Assembly (NCBI RefSeq): GCF_016127575.1
Contig: NZ_CP066020.1
Coordinates: forward strand, 421,478-453,477
Direction of reading: 5' to 3'
From: Cupriavidus necator
GTDB lineage: Bacteria > Pseudomonadota > Gammaproteobacteria > Burkholderiales > Burkholderiaceae
Length of the DNA stretch: 32,000 bases
Below, in pieces: positions 25,450-32,000 of this stretch. A program made the translations under genes and the position numbers. Numbering within the stretch: position 1 is the stretch's first letter; every line of letters starts with the position of its first letter. The notes beneath the pieces are model-generated. The model was not told where the DNA came from and searched no databases. It saw only the letters and a program-made list of their open reading frames with translations.

Positions 25450-25935
25450 TCAGGCTGCCTGGGCGTCGCGCTTGAGCACCAGCACGTCGGTCGTGCCGTC
25501 CTGGATCACGCCACCGGTCTGGTCGATTAACTGCAGTCGCCGGTTCACGCGCCCTACGCGCTTGCTGGTGCCGGCCTCTGTTTCTAGGATCTCCATTCTG
25601 AGCCGCAGCGTCTGGCCAACGAAAATCGGGGCCGCGAAGGTCCAGTTCTGCAGCGACATCATGGCCACGGCTGATTTGTCAAAGACTCCGAGCTGATGCA
25701 GCATGCCGGTGGCCAGTGCGATGCCTAGCGCACCGTGGACCACACGTTGTCCGAAGCGCGTGCCCCTGGCGAATTCCGCGTCGGCATGGATCGGATTCCA
25801 GTCTCCAGACAGCATTGAGAACATCGTCAGGTCGGTCTCGGTGATGGTGCGGCCAGTGCTCTCGAACACCTGCCCGCGAAGGAAATCCTCGAAATAAAGC
25901 GTAGTCGGCATGAAATTTTTCCGGAAGGGGTTCAC
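25450..25935 (-). CDS. MaoC-family (R-specific enoyl-CoA) hydratase/dehydratase, hot-dog fold
   Basis: It carries the signature SGDWNPIHAD. The GTG at 25935 overlaps the upstream stop (GTGA). An alternative ATG lies at 25911. Confidence 0.82.
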   Translation of the reverse strand: MNPFRKNFMPTTLYFEDFLRGQVFESTGRTITETDLTMFSMLSGDWNPIHADAEFARGTRFGQRVVHGALGIALATGMLHQLGVFDKSAVAMMSLQNWTFAAPIFVGQTLRLRMEILETEAGTSKRVGRVNRRLQLIDQTGGVIQDGTTDVLVLKRDAQAA

Positions 25936-27539
25936 GCGCCGGCGGCCGGGACAGGTTCCGCCAGCCGCGCCAGTGCCAGGTCGCGCAGCCTGTTGCGCTG
26001 GGTCTTCACGCCGTTGGAGCTCAGCGTGACCGGATAGGCATCGACGAACCAGACACGCGCGGGCACTTTGAACGGCGCCACTTGGGCGCGCATCTGGGCC
26101 ATGACATCGGCCTCGGCTAGCCGGGTACCGTCGGTGAGGATCAGAAAAGCGACCACGCGGGTCTGCCCATCGATTTCCACGGCGACCACTTGCGCATCGG
26201 CGACACCCTCGAAGCGCTTGAGCACGGCCTCGATTTCGACCGGGTTGACCAGGAACCCGCCCAGGCGAATCGCATCGCCCATGCGCGTTTCATACACGAA
26301 AGTGCCGTCGGCGCGTAGATGGCCAAGGTCGCCGGTTCGGAAAAAGCCGTCGGGACGTATCGCTTCAGCGGTGGCGTCCTGATCGTGGTCATACCCCAGG
26401 AACAAGCTCGGTGCGCTGATCTCAATCTCGCCGGACTGTCCAGCTGGCAGCAACGCCCCCGTCTGGACATCACGGATGCGCACGGTGGCCTCGCCCCGTG
26501 CCACCGGGAGGCCGCCTCCTTCGATGCGCGCCTGCGCCGGCAGCGTCATCGGCTGGCAGGAAAACAATGCGAGGACTTCGCTCGATCCGTACAGCCCTGC
26601 GAGTGGAATGCCCCGTACGCAAGCCTCGCTGGCATATTCGGAGAAGCTTGAAGTAAATGCACCGAAGCCGAATAGCCGCGCGGCCGGAAATGGCCGGTCC
26701 GCCGGTGCCGTGTCCAGGATGCGGCGATACATCTCATCGCTGCCGAATGTGTGCGTGACACGCTGGTCAGCCAGCAGCCTGGCGGCCTGAGGCCCCTCAA
26801 ACGTCTCGAGCAGTACCACGGGCGCGCCCCCCGCGAACGCCGCCAGCACGCCATTCAGCCCGAATACGCCGCAGAACGGCAGCATGGCCAGCATGACCGC
26901 ACCATCCGCATCCATGCCATAAGCGTCTGCACAACGCCAGGCATGATCGACGAGCGTGCGTTGGGGGTGCATCACCAGCTTGGGGCCTTTGGTGGTACCC
27001 GAGGTCGTGAACAAAATGGCGCAGGCATTGGGATCGGATTCATCCAGCCCTTGCACCGGCTCGCGCAGATGCAAATCGAAAGGCACCACCGGGCGGCCTA
27101 ACAGACGGGCGGGCGTTGCCGGACTGGCATCCACCACCGCGATGGCTTGCAGCGTGGGCAGCGAGGCGGGATCCATGGCATCGAGAATCCGGGAGAAGTC
27201 GATCTTTCGGAAGCCCGGTTGCAGCACCAGCAGGCGGGCGCCGCTCTTTTCGATGAGGTAGCTCACCTCTTCACTACGATAGCGCGTGTTGACCGACACC
27301 AGCGTCGCGCCGACGCGCGCCAGGGCAAAGAACAGCGCCAGCCATTCGATGCGATTGACGAGCCACACACCTACCCGGTCTCCCTTGCCGATACCCTGGG
27401 CGTCCAACCAGGCGACTGTGCGACGGCACAGCTGATCGAACTCTGCATGGGTGATGGCGCGCTCACCCTCTATGAATGCGACCGCATCCGGGTGCTCTGC
27501 CAGGTGCGCGTCGATCAGGCTCCACAGATTCGTCTTCAT
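25932..27539 (-). CDS. AMP-dependent synthetase/ligase (acyl-CoA synthetase), substrate unknown
   Basis: About 535 aa from the ATG at 27539 (RBS gggagg). The AMP-binding motif TSGTTKGPK and the later segment GDLGHLRADGTFVYETRMGDAIRLGGFLVNPVEIE are present. Confidence 0.88.
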   Translation of the reverse strand: MKTNLWSLIDAHLAEHPDAVAFIEGERAITHAEFDQLCRRTVAWLDAQGIGKGDRVGVWLVNRIEWLALFFALARVGATLVSVNTRYRSEEVSYLIEKSGARLLVLQPGFRKIDFSRILDAMDPASLPTLQAIAVVDASPATPARLLGRPVVPFDLHLREPVQGLDESDPNACAILFTTSGTTKGPKLVMHPQRTLVDHAWRCADAYGMDADGAVMLAMLPFCGVFGLNGVLAAFAGGAPVVLLETFEGPQAARLLADQRVTHTFGSDEMYRRILDTAPADRPFPAARLFGFGAFTSSFSEYASEACVRGIPLAGLYGSSEVLALFSCQPMTLPAQARIEGGGLPVARGEATVRIRDVQTGALLPAGQSGEIEISAPSLFLGYDHDQDATAEAIRPDGFFRTGDLGHLRADGTFVYETRMGDAIRLGGFLVNPVEIEAVLKRFEGVADAQVVAVEIDGQTRVVAFLILTDGTRLAEADVMAQMRAQVAPFKVPARVWFVDAYPVTLSSNGVKTQRNRLRDLALARLAEPVPAAGA

Positions 27540-27613
27540 GCGGCCTCCCATACCATATTGCTGCATTCGCAGCGTGTTGATTGTTGTTCATCCATACACT
27601 TGCTGCCGCTTGT

Positions 27614-29149
27614 TCAGATCCTGCGCCCGGCATGCTGCCAGTAGCCATCGCGCAGCTTGCGCTTGTGTATCTTTCCGCTTTCCTGGCGCGGCAGTTCGGT
27701 GCGCAGTTCGATCACCTTCGGCACCTTGTAAGCGGCGAGCCGGTCTTTCAGCCACGCACGCATTTCCTCCGGATCCAATCCCGTGCCGTCAGAGGGCTGT
27801 ACTACTGCCACGACCATTTCGCCAAACTCTTCGTGGGGCACGCCAAACGCCGCGCAGTCCGCCACGCCCGGCATGCCGGACAGCGCGTCTTCGATTTCGG
27901 CCGGGTAGATGTTCACACCGCCGGAGATCACCATATCGGCCTTGCGGTCGCAGATGAACAGGAAGCCGTCGGCATCCACGTAGCCCATGTCGCCTACGCA
28001 CGCCAGTCCTTCGCAATCCATCGCGGCGCGCGCCTCAGGGCGATTGTGGTAGGTAAAGTCCGCATAAGCAGGCTGGCGCACATGGATGTTGCCAACCCCT
28101 CCTGTGCCGAGGCGGCAGCCCGCGTCGCTGTAGATGCGCACCTCGGCCTCGCTCACAGGCCGGCCGACCGACCCGGGCTTGCGGATGGCGTCCGCGGACG
28201 AAATCACGGTGATCATGCCCATTTCGCTGCACGCATACGATTCGTTGATCACTGGCCCCCACCAATTGATCATGGCCTGCTTGATGGCAACGGCAAAGGG
28301 CGCGCCTGTACAGGCGACGAAGCGCACGGACGACAGGTCGTAGCGGTTGCGTACGTGTTGCGGCAACGCCAGCAGGCGTACGCACATGGTGGGCACCAGG
28401 TACAGGTGCGTGATGCGATGGCGCTCGATGGCGCGCAGCGTGGCTTCGGCATCGAAGCGGGGATCCAGCACGACCAGCCCGGTCGCCAGCATGGCCTGCA
28501 TACCGTAGAGATTGGGGGCGCCGTGATACAGCGGCGCGGACAGGTACACGCGCGCATCCGCGGAAAAATCGAACACGGCCTTGACGGTATCGCGCAGCAG
28601 GCGCGGCTGCTCTGGATGCAGGCCCTGCGCGAGGCGCCGCACGCCTTTTGGACGTCCAGTAGTGCCGGAGGTATAGGCGAAGCGTCCGCGCGGCCGGTGC
28701 GACGGACCGCTGTACGCCGCCTGTGCGCTGCGCCATGCTTCATAGCGAAGGACGTCTGCCGGCACTTCGCCGGTAACGCGCGAAGTGGGATAAGCCTGCA
28801 AGGCCAACGGTTCTGGCGTGACCGCCAGTACGCGCACCCCTTCCGGGATCGCGGCACGCAATGTTGCTAACAGGTCCGCCTCGATGAACAGGACACAGGC
28901 ACCGCTGTCCTGCAGGATATAGCCCAGCTCATCCACGGTGAACCGCCAGTCCACCGGACAGTGATACGCGCCGACGCGGTTGCATGCCAGCGTGATCTCG
29001 AACAGCGCGGGCGCGTTGCGAAGCACGATGGCCACGACATCGTCCTCTCCCACGCCCAGGGCAGCCAGGCCGCCGGCAACCTGCGCGGCGCGGCGTTCGA
29101 TCTCAGCGCCGTCGAACCGGGCTTCGCCATATTGCAGTGAGGCTACCAT
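27614..29149 (-). CDS. AMP-dependent synthetase/ligase (second acyl-CoA synthetase), substrate unknown
   Basis: About 511 aa from the ATG at 29149 (TTG at 29152; RBS aaggaga). The motifs YTSGTTGRPKGV, GDMGYVDADGFLFICDRKADMVISGGVNIYPAEIE and the C-terminal PRQESGKIHKRKLR are present. The 429 aa antisense ORF is an artefact. Confidence 0.88.
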   Translation of the reverse strand: MVASLQYGEARFDGAEIERRAAQVAGGLAALGVGEDDVVAIVLRNAPALFEITLACNRVGAYHCPVDWRFTVDELGYILQDSGACVLFIEADLLATLRAAIPEGVRVLAVTPEPLALQAYPTSRVTGEVPADVLRYEAWRSAQAAYSGPSHRPRGRFAYTSGTTGRPKGVRRLAQGLHPEQPRLLRDTVKAVFDFSADARVYLSAPLYHGAPNLYGMQAMLATGLVVLDPRFDAEATLRAIERHRITHLYLVPTMCVRLLALPQHVRNRYDLSSVRFVACTGAPFAVAIKQAMINWWGPVINESYACSEMGMITVISSADAIRKPGSVGRPVSEAEVRIYSDAGCRLGTGGVGNIHVRQPAYADFTYHNRPEARAAMDCEGLACVGDMGYVDADGFLFICDRKADMVISGGVNIYPAEIEDALSGMPGVADCAAFGVPHEEFGEMVVAVVQPSDGTGLDPEEMRAWLKDRLAAYKVPKVIELRTELPRQESGKIHKRKLRDGYWQHAGRRI

Positions 29150-29176
29150 CAACTCTCTCCTTTGCGGTACGTGCAG

Positions 29177-30130
29177 TTATTCTGGCTGCAGCCCGGCGTC
29201 CTTCACCAGGCGGCCATGGACCGCCAGTTGGTGTTTGATCAGACGACCGAACGCTTCAGGTGAAGAAGGCGTCAACGGAAAGCCCAGCCGGTCCATCTGT
29301 TCGCGTACCTTCGGATTGTTCATCGCGGCAACGAATGCCTGGTTTAGACGGGCCACGACGTCCTTGGGCATGCCCGCCGGCCCGACCAGACCCGCCCACG
29401 GCATGATCTCCAAATCCTGCATGCCTGCCTCGCGCAGCGTCGGCACATCGGGAAGTAGGCTGTTTCGCTGGGCATTGATGGAGACCAGTGCGCGCAGTTT
29501 GCCCTCGCGCAGATAGGACGCGCCGATGGTCGTACCGATCATGGCCTGGGTGCGGCCGGCGATCAGATCCAGCATGGCCGGCGGCTCGCCCTTGTAGGGC
29601 ACCTGGGTCAGCTCGATGCCTGTGAGTGTCTTGAAGTGCGAGAACGCGACCACGCCGGTGTTGTTGCCGGTGCCGTAACTCAGCTTGCCGGGATTGGCCT
29701 TGGCGTAGGCGAGGAACTCGTTCAGGTTGCTGGCCGGGACGGCAGGGTTCACGTACAGGAAAAAGCCGAAGCGACCGACATCGGCGATGGGCGTGAAATC
29801 GGTCAGCACGTCGTAGGGCGGCTTCTTGCGCAACGCCGGCACCAACGACAGGTTGCCCGACGTGGCGAGCAGCAAACGGTAGCCGTCCGGTGTCGCTCGG
29901 GCCACCTCCTGCGCGGCCACTTGCCCTTCCGCGCCTGGCTTGTTGTCGATCACGATGGGCTGGCCAAGCTGGGCCGATGCCGCCTGGCCGACCACGCGGG
30001 CCACTGTATCCGTCGTTGCGCCGGCGGGAAAAGGCACCACTAGCGTGATGGGCCTGACGGGATACTCGGCCTGCGCATTCGTTGCGATTGTCGCACTACA
30101 AAGCAGTAGCGCGGGTATGATCCGCTTCAT
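29177..30130 (-). CDS. Bug/TctC-family substrate-binding protein
   Basis: 317 aa with the signal peptide MKRIIPALLLCSATIATNAQA and the motifs LVVPFPAGATTD and QVPYKGEPPAMLDLIAGRTQ. The RBS is ggaggaga. Confidence 0.88.
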   Translation of the reverse strand: MKRIIPALLLCSATIATNAQAEYPVRPITLVVPFPAGATTDTVARVVGQAASAQLGQPIVIDNKPGAEGQVAAQEVARATPDGYRLLLATSGNLSLVPALRKKPPYDVLTDFTPIADVGRFGFFLYVNPAVPASNLNEFLAYAKANPGKLSYGTGNNTGVVAFSHFKTLTGIELTQVPYKGEPPAMLDLIAGRTQAMIGTTIGASYLREGKLRALVSINAQRNSLLPDVPTLREAGMQDLEIMPWAGLVGPAGMPKDVVARLNQAFVAAMNNPKVREQMDRLGFPLTPSSPEAFGRLIKHQLAVHGRLVKDAGLQPE

Positions 30131-30218
30131 GTCTCCTCCGCCTTTTTAACAAGCAAATCGGGCTTTGGGAGAGTATTGCATCCACTTTTCAGGCACGTAA
30201 GCCTGCGCTTGCGCACAG

Positions 30219-30238
30219 GTGCGTTGCGCGCAGCGCAC
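30219..30238. promoter_or_regulatory. Near-perfect 20 bp dyad GTGCGTTGCG-CGCAGCGCAC in the divergent Bug/LysR intergenic region, a candidate LysR-type operator
   Basis: Read directly, with one mismatch between the arms. It lies 18 bp upstream of the LysR ATG (30256) and 89 bp upstream of the Bug start (30130). Confidence 0.4.
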
Positions 30239-30255
30239 CAATCGCTGCTCAAACC

Positions 30256-31182
30256 ATGGAACTCGACGCTTACTTGTTTTTCGCCACGGTTGTGGAATCT
30301 GGCAGCTTCATGAATGCTTCGCTCAAGCTTGGCATTGACCGCTCCAATGTCAGCCGGCGCATCCGTAAGCTGGAGCGCGATGTGGAGGCGCAGCTCGTAC
30401 GGCGGAGCACGCGCCGCATGAGTCTGACGGAAATAGGCGAGGCGTTTTACGCGCAATGCGCCGTCATCCGCGCCGAGGTAGAGCGCGCGGACGAACTACT
30501 GCACACCTTCGGCACTTCCATCCGCGGTCCATTGCGTGTGAGTTGTCCACCGGCGGTCGGCCGACTGTACTTGACCGCTATGTTCGCCGAGTTCTGCAAT
30601 CTGTATCCCAAGGTATCGCTGTCGGTGAGCTTCAAAGGCGGTGCCGTGGACCTGATGGAAAATGATCTCGACCTGGCTTTGCGGGTCACCAATGACCCCG
30701 GAGAACATTGTGTGGCGCGTGCCCTCGGGCCGATCGAATGGATGCTATGCGCGAATCCCGAGTATTTGGAGCGGCATGGTCGACCGGTCACGCCGGAAGA
30801 TTTGGCGTCTCATACCTGCCTTGGCGTGCGCACACGTGTGGGGCTGGAATATGTGCGAGAAGGCAGTGACCTCGTGCACAGGGTTTCCATCCAACCGCAT
30901 TTGGAGTGCTCGGACTATGGTTTCCTTGGCGAAATGGCTGCGGCAAAGCTCGGCATTGGCTTGCTGCCTTCGTATGTCGCAGTAGAACATCTGCAAAGCG
31001 GTAGGCTGGAAACCGTCCTAAACGAATATAGGCTAACCCGTTCGCCTGGCAGCACACTGTATGCGATCACGCTCCCTAACCGATACACGCCGCCGCAGTT
31101 GCGAGCATTTATTGACTTTCTGAAATCCAGATTCGAGCAGGGCTTGCCTTGGGAGAAAGACTTGATGCGAACAGGCGCATAG
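30256..31182 (+). CDS. LysR-family transcriptional regulator, divergent from the Bug/CoA-ligase array
   Basis: 308 aa with the wHTH GSFMNASLKLGIDRSNVSRRIRKLERDVEAQLVRRSTR and a LysR substrate-binding-like C-terminal domain. Confidence 0.88.
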   Translation: MELDAYLFFATVVESGSFMNASLKLGIDRSNVSRRIRKLERDVEAQLVRRSTRRMSLTEIGEAFYAQCAVIRAEVERADELLHTFGTSIRGPLRVSCPPAVGRLYLTAMFAEFCNLYPKVSLSVSFKGGAVDLMENDLDLALRVTNDPGEHCVARALGPIEWMLCANPEYLERHGRPVTPEDLASHTCLGVRTRVGLEYVREGSDLVHRVSIQPHLECSDYGFLGEMAAAKLGIGLLPSYVAVEHLQSGRLETVLNEYRLTRSPGSTLYAITLPNRYTPPQLRAFIDFLKSRFEQGLPWEKDLMRTGA

Positions 31183-31557
31183 CCCCCGCGAGTGCAAGGC
31201 CCAGCTGGCAGCTGCTATGCTTCGAGTCTGGGCAAAAAGGGGCAGCTGAAGCCTGAACAGCGCGAAGCGTGCTCGTTCATCGCGGCGAGTTTGTAGCTGC
31301 GTTGGAGGTGCCGATGCGGCGAGACGCTGCCCAAATGGGCCTCGCGAGCCCAAAAGCAAGCGGGAGGAGCTAAGCCCCCGATCACTGGAGCAAAGGTTTA
31401 GCCAGCTGAAGGGGCGGCCAGCTTCGAATCGACGTTGGTCACGTTCGAGCTTCGCGTTGCAAGCTGCCGGCTTGTTGCGGATCTCACGGTGAGCCAGGTA
31501 TGCAGTTTTGTCGCTTATGTCTCTCTCTCAAAAGAGGCTCAGCAGTCGGTTGCAGGC

Positions 31558-32000
31558 TTATTCCAGCGGAATGCCGGTGTCCTTGACCACGCGTGCCCAA
31601 CGCTCGCGCTCGCTCTTGATGAAATTTCCGAAATGCGTGGGCGTATCGCCGCCGGGCACGCCGCCAAAATCAGCCAGGCGTGATTTGACCTCGGGCTCGG
31701 CGAGGATGATAGCCACGGTCCTCTGCAGCCTGTCGATCACGGCCGAAGGCGTGCCTGCCGGAGCCATCAGGCCAAACCACGCAGTCACCTGAAAGTCCTC
31801 CAAACCGGCCTCCTTCATGGTAGGCACGTCTGGCAGCTCGGGGACGCGGCTCGCGCTGGTCACGGCCAGTGCCCGCAATTTGCCCGACTGGATATGAGGC
31901 AGGGAGCTGGGGAGATTATCCACCATCATGGTTACCTGGCCGGCAACCAAGTCGGCCACGGCCGGTGCCGCGCCCTTGTAGGGCACATGGATAATATCAA
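31558..32000 (-). CDS. Bug/TctC-family substrate-binding protein, C-terminal part only (gene runs off the window)
   Basis: HVPYKGAAPAVADLVAGQVTMMVDNLPSSLPHIQSGKLRALAVTSASRVPELPDVPTMKEAG... The stop is at 31558, and the reading frame is open to the window end. Confidence 0.85.
   Translation of the reverse strand, partial: DIIHVPYKGAAPAVADLVAGQVTMMVDNLPSSLPHIQSGKLRALAVTSASRVPELPDVPTMKEAGLEDFQVTAWFGLMAPAGTPSAVIDRLQRTVAIILAEPEVKSRLADFGGVPGGDTPTHFGNFIKSERERWARVVKDTGIPLE

Noticed and set aside
17768-28870. Other large antisense ORFs: 17768-18664 (opposite LysR), 21852-22796 and 22249-22914 (opposite catB), 27581-28870 (opposite the second CoA ligase), 25082-25696
   Set aside because: Each overlaps a gene with clear family motifs on the other strand, and each translates to Gly/Ala/Arg/His-rich text with no recognisable domain.

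Overview
High-GC segment that looks like part of a betaproteobacterial plasmid or secondary replicon. The Cupriavidus/Ralstonia/Burkholderia-like origin is inferred from the many Bug/TctC-family binding-protein genes and the GC3-rich codon usage; I ran no database search. Five blocks are visible. (1) 1-4.4 kb is a partition module: a type-Ia-like parA with an N-terminal extension, then parB. It is bracketed by about 9-10 copies of a 22-23 bp asymmetric repeat. It is followed by a roughly 1.7 kb gene-less stretch carrying two perfect and two degenerate copies of the palindrome GTGTTCCGA-N-TCGGAACAC. No replication initiator gene is in the window. (2) 4.7-6.5 kb encodes an unusually long (618 aa) tyrosine recombinase, with a 12-6-12 bp inverted repeat 385 bp upstream of it. 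(3) 7.5-11.5 kb is a plus-strand island of small genes. It holds a frameshifted DUF4160 gene overlapping a DUF2442 gene, several hypotheticals including a CxxC...CxxC protein, a 15-codon IS110-like transposase stub, and an AT-richer mazEF cassette abutting a truncated Bug gene. Iteron-like 18 bp repeats follow. (4) 11.9-20 kb carries a PAS-adenylate cyclase and a beta-ketoadipate block (LysR regulator, pcaIJ, MFS transporter, EthD, intact catC) plus an MBL-fold hydrolase. (5) 20-32 kb carries a group II intron maturase relic and a 9.5 kb same-strand array: Bug, two acyl-CoA synthetases, MaoC dehydratase, Bug, nitronate monooxygenase, catB, a dead second catC, Bug. A divergent LysR regulator and a fifth Bug gene cut by the window edge follow. 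The most notable points are the two repeat families around parAB, the candidate recombination core site, the decayed catC (two premature stop codons plus a 16 bp expansion of an 8 bp repeat), and the uncharacterised CoA-dependent cluster fused to catB. I found no convincing novel defence-type system. All function calls rest on motif recognition by eye.
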